A DNA stretch of 59,395 nt from a virus. Taxonomy: Duplodnaviria > Caudoviricetes. Below are positions 8,209 through 18,603 of this stretch, piece by piece. The number at the start of each line of letters is the position of its first letter. Positions within the stretch are counted from its first letter, which is position 1. The stretch spans positions 1 to 59,395 of IMG/VR virus record IMGVR_UViG_3300046693_000004; one strand, 5' to 3'. The position numbers and the translations under genes are program-made. The notes beneath the pieces were generated by a model. That model made no database searches, was not told where the DNA came from, and saw only the letters and a list, made by a program, of their open reading frames with translations.

Positions 8209-10963
8209 TATTCCTCACTTGTTCCAGGTATAAGCCAGCAGGATTCATTAACAGCCCATTGACAGAATTTCCCGTCAAATCTTTTACAAATTATACAATA
8301 ATTATTTGCTTTATAGTACCAAATATACATATTCATTTTCCATTCTTATGCATACCAAACAAGATGCTTATATATCTATAAGACAAATACCAATTATATT
8401 CAGTAGTCATCGTGGCAACACCACATAGCTACACCATCCCTTGCTGATAATATTATTAACAACTGGCTCGTATTGAGCTACGAAATAGTGCTTTGTAATG
8501 TATTTAAAGAAGCGATGATAGAAGGAATTATAAGTCATTTGAATCCACCATCTAGCAATACTCTTACGAGGAAATAAATTGTTATAACGATTAATACTAT
8601 TTGAATAATGTTTAGATTTGGTATCTCGTTAGTCATTGTATGTTCCCGGTATTAGCCATTCGCTATCAGACGGCCTATTATCCCATGATGTATAATCACC
8701 AGTTATAGCGATTATACCAACATGTGTTTCATCACTGCTATTATCATACCAAGCAGGCACAGTGTTATAAATCACAAACATTTCACAAATCCTGCCATCT
8801 ATGCCCACAAAGAGGCTGCTTGTCCAATCCGTAAGCTAGTACACCAACTATGATCATTGGAGCAAATATAAGTAATATCATTGCGGCAACACCACGTAGG
8901 AATACCAATACGGTGCTCTACTAGAAATAATTACAATAGGCTCCCAATTTTGACACCAGAACATTTAAACCTCCCAAAACCAGAGTGGATTTAAAAACGG
9001 CTCTTCAATCCACGTAATTTTAGCGCCATCACTAATTGCAAACTTATTATTTAGACCCATCCAAATTATCATTACTCAATCTCCCCAAAACCATACACCA
9101 CTACGGCCAAAATAATATCTTACGCCATGAAAGTCAACGTATTTTAGTTTGCTCCAACGTGACATATCGTTCTCCCGAATTTAAATGAATTAGGACAACA
9201 TTAAGCTGATAAGTCAAGTGACGCATTACACGTAGCTCTTGCTCTTTAGTCATATCACACACTCACTTAAAACAAATAGCTGCGGCGATTAGGAATAGTG
9301 CAATAGCTTGAAAATTGCTAGCTGGAAAATCTTTCTCTTGAAATGAAATAATTAAGATTACAGGCGCAAGTATCAAGCTAATTCCACCAATCGCATTCAC
9401 AATCATTTGCTATTCCTTTCCAATTCCGTAGCTACTAATGTGGGTATTCTATTAATAATAATTCTAGAACCTTTCAAACTCGGCGCAACAGGCTGAAACT
9501 CAACGCGACCTTCAGCATAGATATTAAACCATTTATCATCATAGCTAAATTTGAATACAGGTATGTCATTCATTATTTATTCCTTCCAAATACATATGGC
9601 GAGATAAACCATCCTAAAGCGAAGAACGCAATATACCACATTGCAAACAAAGCACATTCCATTTACATATTCCTTATCTTCTCTTCTGTTACCACTTCAC
9701 AGAAGCGTTCATATTTATTATGCAAGTAAGCTCGTTCCTCCGCAGTCATATGGTCAAGCATAGCACCCTGAGCAATCAAAGGCCACAAATCTTTATTTAC
9801 CACAAGATTGGAGATAAAGAAATGTACAATTGGGTCAGGATGACGCTTAACCATTATCGCGCTTCCATAACTCATATTCAATTCTAGCACCAATACAGAT
9901 ACCAATCAATAGACCAATTATGAGTAATTTCAAGTCCATATCATTCCACCTTCACACTAAGGCACCATTTTTGAATAATTTCTTTAGCAGCATGACCATT
10001 ATCAAGATAAGTATCTGGTGTCAATAGTCGTAATACTTGCCAACTAGTCGGGTAGTTCTCTTGCACGCGAGCCATCCATCGCAGTAGTTCGGGTTTGTCA
10101 TATTCACAAGATTTACCTTGAACCCCAATCAAGTAAGAAGGCACAACACTACTAAAACCAGCTAATGTAGGCAGATGATAAATATTCCAACCTTCATCCT
10201 TTTCCCCCGGCTCGCAAAAGTCAAGCCCCAAGTCACCAACTACGATAACAGGAATTGTTTTATTACCTAGTTTGATTGGACGGATTTCCCTTGTGCTTCC
10301 ATCAGATATTATATCTACACCATACATAATAACTGACTTGCCCACACTTACAGGCGCCATCCAAGGTGTTTTAGTTTTAAGCCTCTCTAGCCCCGGAGGT
10401 TCAGGTAATTCATCATCAGGCTTCCAATTTTCAATCTTCGGCTTATCACCCCATTCCTTTGACCAATTCATTTGAACCTCCTGCTACAGCAGACAATACT
10501 AATGCCCAAAATCCATAAAATAACAAACATAGTATTATTTTCTTTATGGGCATTTATAGAAGCCATCATGAACATTAAAAGGCTACAACGATAAATACCA
10601 TTCATATCTATACCTCATTCCTTTGCTGAATGCCCCGCAGTATGTAGCATCATTCATTTTGCGAAATCCTTTAAGATAAGACACATACCAATTCCAATAC
10701 AAAATCCAAAGCTAATAGCACTCCATATATCAGAGTTATTAAATTTATCGTAGATATAAGGAAGGTTAACTAGACCAGCGGCTATTGTTACAACACCATA
10801 TATCATCACTTATACCCCTTCATCTTCATATATCCCACCCATACCACAATCCAAGCGATTGGCAATAGCAAGACCAGAAGCAAATAATACATTTTTACCT
10901 CCCTAATGCTAGATAAATTAATACAGCAGCTATAATAATTAAAACAAATATTGCAAACTCCAT
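8208..10963 (-). other. array of translationally coupled micro-ORFs (about 20-55 aa), many single-TM
   Basis: Read by hand: 8208-8336, 8407-8538, 8535-8636, 8629-8781, 8878-8964, 8965-9072, 9076-9165 and further hydrophobic ORFs up to about 10960, with overlapping or abutting stop and start codons. Confidence 0.6.
9941..10471 (-). CDS. hypothetical protein
   Basis: 176 aa, GGAGG RBS. Confidence 0.65.
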   Translation of the reverse strand: MNWSKEWGDKPKIENWKPDDELPEPPGLERLKTKTPWMAPVSVGKSVIMYGVDIISDGSTREIRPIKLGNKTIPVIVVGDLGLDFCEPGEKDEGWNIYHLPTLAGFSSVVPSYLIGVQGKSCEYDKPELLRWMARVQENYPTSWQVLRLLTPDTYLDNGHAAKEIIQKWCLSVKVE

Positions 10964-10964
10964 T

Positions 10965-11249
10965 TTATTCCTCCTTCAATGCTGCGTCAACTGCACATTC
11001 CCATACAGCGAATGGAAAGCAAGACTGCATCTTTCCATGTCCTGTAGCCATTCTCATTTCATAATAATCATTCTGCATCTTAGATGTAGGCTCGCGCATT
11101 GCTTTAATAACGAGCTTAGCCATATCGATATGAATCTGTTTTTGCAAATCACTCATAGTACCTATTTCATAATTATCCCATTGTAAACCAGATTCGCCGC
11201 ATTCATTATAATCCCATAAAGCCCTAGCCACCTTCTCAATCATATTCAT
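10965..11249 (-). CDS. conserved phage hypothetical protein
   Basis: MIEKVARAL...AMREPT...W...DAALKEE pattern, recalled from alphaproteobacterial phages. Confidence 0.65.
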   Translation of the reverse strand: MNMIEKVARALWDYNECGESGLQWDNYEIGTMSDLQKQIHIDMAKLVIKAMREPTSKMQNDYYEMRMATGHGKMQSCFPFAVWECAVDAALKEE

Positions 11250-11587
11250 TATCTCTTCTCCATGCTATCTACTACACCATCAGCATATTCAAGCCGTTGC
11301 ATAATCAGCGGCTTAATGCGTTCATAAATTTCTTCATATTCATTAGCACATTCTTGCATAGTTTCCTCTCTACTCTTTTGCTTAGGAAGTAGCGTCATCA
11401 TCATATCTGCCATCAAAGCAGAAATAAAATAATCTTTCGCTTGATCGCATATATGCATTCTCTGTGCTGAAATAACAACAGCAGTACAAATCATTGCTGA
11501 TAGATTATCTATATTATCATTCATCACTGTCAATCTCTCCTGAAAGCAATGACACTCAGGTATTGTTAGGCCAATTGGTTTAATCAT
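11249..11587 (-). CDS. hypothetical protein
   Basis: 112 aa, AGGAG RBS. Confidence 0.6.
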   Translation of the reverse strand: MIKPIGLTIPECHCFQERLTVMNDNIDNLSAMICTAVVISAQRMHICDQAKDYFISALMADMMMTLLPKQKSREETMQECANEYEEIYERIKPLIMQRLEYADGVVDSMEKR

Positions 11588-11738
11588 TCGCCCTTCTCCT
11601 TAAATACCTTCACCATATCCAATATAATTTCTGCTCTATTCAAGCAAGCTTGCCCCATTTAACTATCAGGACCAAACTTACCAACAGCTTCTAGCAATCC
11701 ATTAACATACTTCTTAATCCAATCAATAGGAATAGCAT

Positions 11739-12137
11739 TCATTCATCCTTCTCCTTCTCAAATCCAAAATTAGTTTTAGTATCCGCAACAGTTATACTAT
11801 TAGGATTGGCAGGATGACCCATCTTATTCAAAGTGTCAACAATGCCGGTGCTTGAAGCAATAGCTGCTTGCTCGTCTAGTGGCTTGCAGGCTACCTCATA
11901 ACCAACTTCAGGTCCGTGGTCTACTACTCGAAATTTCTTACCATACTTCTTACCCATTCGATTAGCAAATGGACGTAAGCTGGTAATCTTCATTTCATTA
12001 TGTGCGACAATGAAGCTCTTACCAATTGGCACAGTTGCCCACGGATATTTAGGTGTAAAGGCGTGTCGCTTGATTGGCTCGCTGGATTGTGGCGAGCTAT
12101 CGACTATGCCACGCAACTTTGCGTTCTCGTCTTGCAT
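11739..12137 (-). CDS. putative DNA-binding protein (YPF..VG.SF family)
   Basis: PKYPWATVPIGKSFIV...GKKYGKKFRV; first gene after a leftward TTGACA promoter at about 12209-12214. Confidence 0.6.
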   Translation of the reverse strand: MQDENAKLRGIVDSSPQSSEPIKRHAFTPKYPWATVPIGKSFIVAHNEMKITSLRPFANRMGKKYGKKFRVVDHGPEVGYEVACKPLDEQAAIASSTGIVDTLNKMGHPANPNSITVADTKTNFGFEKEKDE

Positions 12138-12339
12138 TTTCAGCTTGTCCCTTTGTTACTTCTGCTAGCGATCTAACAGCGCATGAAGGTACTCGCCACT
12201 AGTCACTGTGTCAAGCTAGAATGAGACTAAGGTGAAAACAAAATTGAGAGAACAAAACGTGAATATTTGTAGCTTCATTGTATACCCACACATAGGCTGT
12301 TTACGGGCTTTTTCTGCGAAAAGTCCCTCTCTCACTTAC

Positions 12340-12445
12340 TTATCTATTAATATAATATAATATATTATTATTTATTATTATTACATACATATAGGTACAA
12401 TGATACAAGCAGTTACAATTGTACCGACTTGCATCGTTGTACCGC
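12340..12445. repeat. AT-rich tract plus 16-bp imperfect inverted repeat (candidate origin)
   Basis: Near-pure A/T run at about 12345-12393; GGTACAATGATACAAG (12394-12409) and CTTGCATCGTTGTACC (12428-12443) match at 14/16; lies at a divergence of transcription. Confidence 0.55.
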
Positions 12446-12646
12446 CCTCCCTTCCCCCTCCAGAGCCCTAAACATTATACAACATTAAACTCATTGAAAT
12501 CGTTGAAGAAAATCATTATACTTGTGAGTTAATGTCGACTTTTGCAATAGATTTTGACATTTTTGTGGGCACAAAATGCTTGACACACTCACAAGCATGA
12601 GTTATCGTTCGCGTTCCAATATGAAAGACAACATGAGGAACATCTA

Positions 12647-12871
12647 GTGTCAAAGCTTGACGATGAAATTGAAGAGTTGAAGCGCAATGTGCGTGACATC
12701 ACGCCACAAAATATACAACGTCTTAGACAACTGCGTACAAAGGGCGAACGGCCTACAGCAGGCAAGCGAATAGCTAAGTTAGAAAATCGTATGAAAGAAC
12801 TTGAAATTGAAGTTGAGCGGTTACGTAGTATGGTCAATCACATGATGCCTGATAAGTCAGATGATGATTGA
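12647..12871 (+). CDS. small coiled-coil protein
   Basis: 74 aa; GAGGA RBS; upstream TTGACA at about 12580. Confidence 0.6.
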   Translation: MSKLDDEIEELKRNVRDITPQNIQRLRQLRTKGERPTAGKRIAKLENRMKELEIEVERLRSMVNHMMPDKSDDD

Positions 12872-12989
12872 TTTGTGGTGATGATAGGGCACAAGGCAAG
12901 CTAACGTGACGATACAAACGATACAATTTAGCTATTGCAATTGTTATTCGATGGAGTTAGATTATTGAAGTCAACCAAGGGGAATGGAC

Positions 12990-13139
12990 ATGGAACTCAC
13001 CATCAGCGAAATGATTGCAATTGTGAATGCAATGAAGCATTACAATCCAAAAGCTTTATGTCTCAAAGAGCAAAAGGAAGCGTTGCTAAAGAAGCTGAAT
13101 GAGGAAATTGACAATCAGATGGATAAAGTTCAAATCTAG
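12990..13139 (+). CDS. small early protein (49 aa, not in the ORF track)
   Basis: MELTISEMIAIVNAMKHY...; AAGGGGAA RBS; own promoter-like TTGCAA...TAGATT. Confidence 0.6.
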   Translation: MELTISEMIAIVNAMKHYNPKALCLKEQKEALLKKLNEEIDNQMDKVQI

Positions 13140-13142
13140 GGA

Positions 13143-13171
13143 TTGACAACCTCATCAGCTTAACTTAGATT
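13143..13171 (+). promoter_or_regulatory. sigma70-like early promoter
   Basis: TTGACA-N17-TAGATT; similar elements near 1923, 5288, 12209, 12580, 12935, 13948 and 17533. Confidence 0.65.
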
Positions 13172-13197
13172 ACTGTATCGAAGCAAGGGGAAGTGAA

Positions 13198-13401
13198 ATG
13201 ATTACCACTAGCCAAATCCTTAAGCAAATTGACTGCAAGCACCTTTCGCTTATGAATGGAAAGGGCTACTGGTACTTTATCTTCGATAATAACATCGCTT
13301 ATGAAACACACAGTATCTATACAATGCGTCTGAATGATCTTCGCATTGAAGAATGGATAGCAGAAGGTAAAGAATTTGTTGACGCAATGAAGGGGAGATA
13401 A
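13198..13401 (+). CDS. hypothetical early protein
   Basis: 67 aa, AAGGGGAAG RBS. Confidence 0.65.
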   Translation: MITTSQILKQIDCKHLSLMNGKGYWYFIFDNNIAYETHSIYTMRLNDLRIEEWIAEGKEFVDAMKGR

Positions 13402-13405
13402 ATAA

Positions 13406-13672
13406 ATGAGCTACACTGTCATCAACTTTAGAAGTAAGAAGGCGTTGAAGGAGGCTGTTAAGAACTGGAATGAACGGACTGAAATTGGTATGATGGCTGC
13501 TTATCAAAAGCATGGCACCGTTCGCCCGATAGCTTGCTACCAACCCGGCCTTGGTCCTGACTTGTCCAACTATACAGGACGTGTTAGCTTGGAGGGACCG
13601 CATTACCCCAAGGCTCATTCGTGGTATGCTGAAGGTGAATTGGTGAATGGAATATTGGTGAAGGTGAAGTGA
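13406..13672 (+). CDS. conserved phage hypothetical protein
   Basis: NFRSKKALKEAV...YQPG...LEGPHYPKAHSWYA...VKVK. Confidence 0.7.
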   Translation: MSYTVINFRSKKALKEAVKNWNERTEIGMMAAYQKHGTVRPIACYQPGLGPDLSNYTGRVSLEGPHYPKAHSWYAEGELVNGILVKVK

Positions 13673-14011
13673 TAATCGGAAGGTATGGATAGTTAATTCG
13701 GGGCTACTAAAGTGTTAGTCGGAATTAATGAAAAGGCTATCGGCCGTAAGGCTTTCCATACCTTCCAATTAACATAGGGGAATAAAATGCTTGAATATGA
13801 CCTATTGATAATTGAAATAGTTGAAAGTGACGACGAATGGTATGAAAAGAAATTAGACGAGCAATGGGAATCAGATTGTGACACTTAACACCATCAAACT
13901 CATTGTAGGCATCACAGCCGGGTATGGTTACGCAATCACAACCTTACTTGACATGATGCCTACAGTTAAGCTAGGATTAGTCAACTTAATTGTTATGGGG
14001 AGGTTGTAATT

Positions 14012-14209
14012 ATGGCACGATTTCTTAAGACGCGCGCACGTAAGCCGCTAGCTGAAGAAAGTATTTCAACTGGCGTAACAAACTATCGCGATGATGGGGG
14101 ACTTAGATTTACTATCTCTTGTGGAGATTATAAAATTTCTCTTACTCACATGGAAAAAGATCATGTAATTGAGCAATGGAATAAGATGCAACAGGAGCAT
14201 GAAAAATGA
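14012..14209 (+). CDS. hypothetical early protein
   Basis: GGAGG RBS. Confidence 0.6.
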   Translation: MARFLKTRARKPLAEESISTGVTNYRDDGGLRFTISCGDYKISLTHMEKDHVIEQWNKMQQEHEK

Positions 14210-14394
14210 ATGAGCCACGCAAGCTAACTCGCCGCGATTACAACTGGTATCCTGATGTAGATGACGACAACGATTATGTGTGGCGTCATGGTGCTTGGGA
14301 AGTTGATAACCGCGATGAAGAGGTTGACGAAGATGCATTAGAGGAATGGGAAGAGAAAAGGCGCGAGCGCATTGCAAGACAGAATGAATATTAA
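14206..14394 (+). CDS. acidic small protein
   Basis: 62 aa, D/E-rich, coupled to the upstream ORF. Confidence 0.6.
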   Translation: MNEPRKLTRRDYNWYPDVDDDNDYVWRHGAWEVDNRDEEVDEDALEEWEEKRRERIARQNEY

Positions 14395-14637
14395 ATGACT
14401 GAAATTCAAGTACGTCCCAAAGCTGATAAGCGCATTGCATGGCAGTTTACAGGTGAACGCTATGTATGGCCAGATTGGGTATGTAATTGTACCAAGTGGA
14501 TTGGTGATGAATTATTTCTTGGTCGCCAGTCAGGACTTCAATTAGTTAAACCAACAGAATGGTTAATTAAAGATCTTGATGGCGGAATTAGCTGGTGTAG
14601 AAATGATGACATGTGGAATGTATGGGAGAAGGTGTGA
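14395..14637 (+). CDS. PGDYG-like phage protein
   Basis: AWQFTG...PTEWLIKDLDGGISWCRNDDMWNVWEKV resembles the GDW+IK...C..D.F..TYE family. Confidence 0.5.
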   Translation: MTEIQVRPKADKRIAWQFTGERYVWPDWVCNCTKWIGDELFLGRQSGLQLVKPTEWLIKDLDGGISWCRNDDMWNVWEKV

Positions 14638-14936
14638 TGCGATATCATGGTGCTAATCGCTACTCAGTCTACCAACTCTACGCATTTGTAGTCTGTAGGC
14701 AGCATGATAAATATGGTGAAAGTGTACATAGCTATTGGAGCTATTGCGTCTACCCACAGGAGAAGAAATGAAGCATTCTGTACAACGTCAATATATACTA
14801 AGCCAAGATGAAGTTAAATGTGCTATTTATGATTATCTTAAGAAAATGGATAAGCCTATCCCTGAAAATTTTAATAAACTTGAGTATGCTTGGAATGGGC
14901 ATAAAGAATGTCATGTGGATTACAATGACGTAATTA

Positions 14937-17237
14937 TTACTCCCTAAGCAAACTCAAATCCTTCAACACATAGCTCTTCTGCGTTGTCCCATATTTACTA
15001 CCTAATTCCATCTTCCCAATCTCTCTAATTGTATCAGCATCGCAAAGGGTGCTGATACATCTTTTTATGGCTATAGTGCTACCCATCTTGTCATTCTTGA
15101 ATGATGCTTGTGCCACTAGCCGTCTATTCAGATAGCTACCAGTCAATATCTTATCATCATAGAGCTTCTGTGGCACCTTGTATTTAGTTATCACTTCTGG
15201 ATTATTGTAGTATTCTCGTATCATTCGCTTCATTTCATCTAGCTGCTTAAGCTCCCCTGTGTTGGCGCCAATTTCGCCCATTTCAAACCGTGAGCTAAGC
15301 ACTCGAATATCGTTGGACACTAGCTCCATTGCCCATTGAACGTACTCAGGTGTCACTACAGGCTCAATGGGGTTCACTCCTACAGCTATCAAGGCAGAAA
15401 TCTTCAACGTCTTCATGTGGGCACGGTTCCACAACTGTCTGATGAAATCTTTATCGTTGGCATTCACTTTATCTGTTGCAAATATTTGATATTGGCGTAG
15501 AAGCTTGTCCGCAGCTTCATTGCATTGGACATTCACAACTCTGTTAGCGTGCATTATGCTTTCAGATTGAGCACATAGCGATGAAAACTGATCTACAAGC
15601 TGAAAGTTAGGCTCTACGTTGATAGCATTTTCATTAAGATAGGGAACTTTTCCCTTGTATTCGATTATTAAGAACCTAGGTAGTAAGCCAGCGGAAACCA
15701 TATCCTCATTGAGAACGTTGTAGAACGTCTCAGGAGTGCTTTCAGCAAGGATAGTAAACGCGGGTGCTCTAGTTTCGCTGATGTTCTTTTCTTTATCGGA
15801 GTAGATTGACGGTCGGAAGGATTGGTGATGTCCAGATTTATTGTACAAATCGAGCATGATCCGCAGCAAGTTCTTCTCACTGCCATTAGCATGAGGGTTG
15901 CTAATGCTTTGAAGACGAATGCCAAACTCGCCCAATATGCTCACAAAGCAGGGGTGAGTATTAATATACTTGACAAGAGCTTGACCGCTGGCGATTTCGG
16001 CCGGGCCTAAAAATCCGGCTGAAGTTGGCACCTGTAGCTTTACGCTGTTCATTAACTTATCAATGCCGCTAGCCATTGTCTCTTTACCGGCACCAGTTTG
16101 AGCAATCAGAATAACGTACTGATTAAGTCCTGTGCCTGAAATATTATAAGCCTTACCGCAAATTCCAGCCATCAAGCCAATAGCACCAGCGATAGCAATT
16201 TCTGGTACTTGACGTGGTGAGCTATCGTAGATGAATTGAGCTATCACTCCCATTAAGCCGGGCGGAAGTGATATGGTTGATTTATAATATGTGGGTATAG
16301 CTGGAACCATATGTTCATTAACAGACACAGGAACAGTAATGTTTTCAATTTGTTTCGGCTTTGTCCTGAACTGTTCTAGCGCCACCTTAAATCCATCAAT
16401 ATCAATAGGTGGCAACATTTGATCAAATGATTTTCTAATCATCCAATTTACATAATCATTACGCTTAGCCTTCGGTCTAGCTCCTAATGGAGATTGACGA
16501 AACATCCTAGCAATCTGTGTTTCATTTTGTGTATAGAATGCAAACATATTAATTAGTGCAAGATCAGCTTCGGATTGTGATTGATACAAATCCTGCCAAT
16601 GACCTTTATACAGTAAATTAAATTTATCACCATTCACAGCACCTTTAGCCATATCAACAATGGCAACATCAGTAGCTAATTCAGGTGCGTTACCATTATA
16701 TTGAATTGTTTGCGGAGTGCCAGCACCCATTTGCTCATAGAGCATTGTAAGCTTGTCTTGATGATCGCGAATAGGAGCCGAATTATATACATTCCCTGTC
16801 ATAGTAGCATAGCGACCAGATGAATATAATTCAATCTTTGATCGCCTACGACCTTGTGGTATCTGCCCACGAATAATAATATGCAAGCCTATGCCTGAAG
16901 GTGAGACTTCAGCATAGCTATCAAACTCACGGAAGATTTTTAATTGACGTTCGGTAACAGTAGGATCGCCCAAAGGGTCATCGAGATCAATAAAAGTATA
17001 TGGGTCATTTTCCGAAAAGACGAATCCAATGCCTGAATAAGAAAAACGGCTGGCAAGTGCGCCGTCAAAAGTAGTCCAAGTGTCTGGATTGTTAACATTT
17101 GCCATTTCTCCACTCACGGAGTACGGTACTTTAGTTGGTTTGGCAGCACCAATATCTTCATAACGCCATAAGACAAATTGCTTAAGTTGGCGCAATTCTT
17201 CAGGTATATTATAGTATGGACGTAGAATATCGTTCAT
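14937..17237 (-). CDS. NrS-1-like primase-polymerase with C-terminal ATPase/helicase-like (DUF3987-type) domain
   Basis: KVPY, FIDLDD, YAEVSPSGIGLHII, IELYSSGRYATMTG, QSEADLAL; Walker A AQTGAGKE. Confidence 0.85.
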   Translation of the reverse strand: MNDILRPYYNIPEELRQLKQFVLWRYEDIGAAKPTKVPYSVSGEMANVNNPDTWTTFDGALASRFSYSGIGFVFSENDPYTFIDLDDPLGDPTVTERQLKIFREFDSYAEVSPSGIGLHIIIRGQIPQGRRRSKIELYSSGRYATMTGNVYNSAPIRDHQDKLTMLYEQMGAGTPQTIQYNGNAPELATDVAIVDMAKGAVNGDKFNLLYKGHWQDLYQSQSEADLALINMFAFYTQNETQIARMFRQSPLGARPKAKRNDYVNWMIRKSFDQMLPPIDIDGFKVALEQFRTKPKQIENITVPVSVNEHMVPAIPTYYKSTISLPPGLMGVIAQFIYDSSPRQVPEIAIAGAIGLMAGICGKAYNISGTGLNQYVILIAQTGAGKETMASGIDKLMNSVKLQVPTSAGFLGPAEIASGQALVKYINTHPCFVSILGEFGIRLQSISNPHANGSEKNLLRIMLDLYNKSGHHQSFRPSIYSDKEKNISETRAPAFTILAESTPETFYNVLNEDMVSAGLLPRFLIIEYKGKVPYLNENAINVEPNFQLVDQFSSLCAQSESIMHANRVVNVQCNEAADKLLRQYQIFATDKVNANDKDFIRQLWNRAHMKTLKISALIAVGVNPIEPVVTPEYVQWAMELVSNDIRVLSSRFEMGEIGANTGELKQLDEMKRMIREYYNNPEVITKYKVPQKLYDDKILTGSYLNRRLVAQASFKNDKMGSTIAIKRCISTLCDADTIREIGKMELGSKYGTTQKSYVLKDLSLLRE

Positions 17238-17271
17238 TAACCCCAGCCCGTGCCCGAATTAGTATGAAGGG

Positions 17272-17451
17272 TTATGAATTGATTAATTCTGCTAATCGCT
17301 TATCAGATACTCTTGTTACTAATACAGCTTTTAAAACATCAGACAACGAAAGTCTTTTGCCTGTCATATTCTCTAAATTCTTACGCAATTGAATTAGATC
17401 AGGAACAATATTCTCGCCGATCAAAGAAACATTAATACGATTTGTGGGCAT
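17272..17451 (-). CDS. small RHH-like regulator (59 aa, not in the ORF track)
   Basis: MPTNRINVSL...RLSLSDVLKAVL; sits between divergent TTGAC promoters. Confidence 0.5.
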   Translation of the reverse strand: MPTNRINVSLIGENIVPDLIQLRKNLENMTGKRLSLSDVLKAVLVTRVSDKRLAELINS

Positions 17452-17532
17452 TGTGATTAGTTTCCCATTCTTGGATTTAATCCTATAAGAGCGTAGCTTA
17501 GAGCCATCAATCCGTCAATGACAAAATGACGC

Positions 17533-17717
17533 TTGACACCGCTTTAGGCCATGGCTAAGGTCCGAGTAACGGATTGCAGGGTGATGACAGCCCCAAATGG
17601 TTCTAAGTCTACCATGCTCTTGTCAAGTATGGTGTTTTCGGAACCGAGAAAGCAATACCGAGATAAGGTGCTGGACTAACAGAAAACGGCACCGCATAAT
17701 TTATAAAGGAATAGTAA
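17533..17717 (+). promoter_or_regulatory. promoter and structured 5' leader of the replication operon
   Basis: TTGACA at 17533; stems ACCATGCT/AGTATGGT enclosed by GGTTC/GAACC, and GGTGCTG/CGGCACC. Confidence 0.5.
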
Positions 17718-18029
17718 ATGAAAGATGACCACGAAGATTTGAAAGATAGAAGCACCACACCTTTCAATGAAACTAAGGAATATAAAGAAAAGATTGCTGA
17801 AGGCATGGAGGCAATTAATAGACGTAGCAGCGTTGCCCAACTTGTACCCACAAAATCAGATGCTGAATTAGCTAATGAGCTTAAGGAAAAGGTAGCCGAA
17901 GCTTATAAGCCTTTCCTTGAACTTTTAAATGAATATGATAAGCATGGCTTAAATGTGCAAGCTGGTGTCGGTAAGAACGCATTTGGTAAATATGCAATTG
18001 TGCAGTTGCAAGTGATTAAGGTGTTTTAG
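17718..18029 (+). CDS. hypothetical protein
   Basis: 103 aa, AAGGAA RBS. Confidence 0.65.
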   Translation: MKDDHEDLKDRSTTPFNETKEYKEKIAEGMEAINRRSSVAQLVPTKSDAELANELKEKVAEAYKPFLELLNEYDKHGLNVQAGVGKNAFGKYAIVQLQVIKVF

Positions 18030-18104
18030 CCGGTTTAGCTCAGTTGGTAGAGCAATTCATTTGTAACGAATAGGTCGCAGGTTCAATTCCTGCAATCGGC
18101 ACCA
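18029..18104 (+). tRNA. tRNA-Thr(TGT)
   Basis: GCCGGTT/AATCGGC acceptor, GCTC/GAGC D stem, anticodon loop TT-TGT-AA (A-C mismatch closing the stem), GCAGG-TTCAATT-CCTGC T arm, encoded CCA. Confidence 0.92.
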
Positions 18105-18120
18105 AATAAAGGAATAAATT

Positions 18121-18603
18121 ATGCCTGATGAATGGACTAACCCAACTCCTGCTGATCCCCGTGATTTGCTTGACCGCGATACTGTGCTGCTATCATGGCA
18201 GCAAGCTAAAGATGTTTTAGAGGCGGCTAAAACTACTGAAATGGAATGGCGCAAATACGTTGTAAAACGCGCTTTCCCTACACCTAACGAGGGTGTTAAT
18301 ACTCTTTCTCTTGGTGGTGGATATGAGCTTAAAGGTACGGTAAAATACAATTATAAGCTTGATAAAGATATTAGCAAAGTGTGGGCTGTTCAAAATCGAA
18401 TTGCTGCGCTTGGCAATCGTGGCGCTTTTCTAGCCGATAAATTCTTTAGCTGGAAAGTTGACTTTCTGACTACTGAGTATAAGGCACTGCTAAAAGAAAA
18501 AGATGAAAGCGAAGAGGCTAAGCAAATACTTGGTTTGATTAATGAGGTTCTGACCATTGATGAAGCTGCGCCGACGCTTAGTATCAAGGAGCCTAAGAAA
18601 TGA
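18121..18603 (+). CDS. conserved phage protein of the recombination module
   Basis: 160 aa, upstream of the Sak4-like ATPase. Confidence 0.7.
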   Translation: MPDEWTNPTPADPRDLLDRDTVLLSWQQAKDVLEAAKTTEMEWRKYVVKRAFPTPNEGVNTLSLGGGYELKGTVKYNYKLDKDISKVWAVQNRIAALGNRGAFLADKFFSWKVDFLTTEYKALLKEKDESEEAKQILGLINEVLTIDEAAPTLSIKEPKK

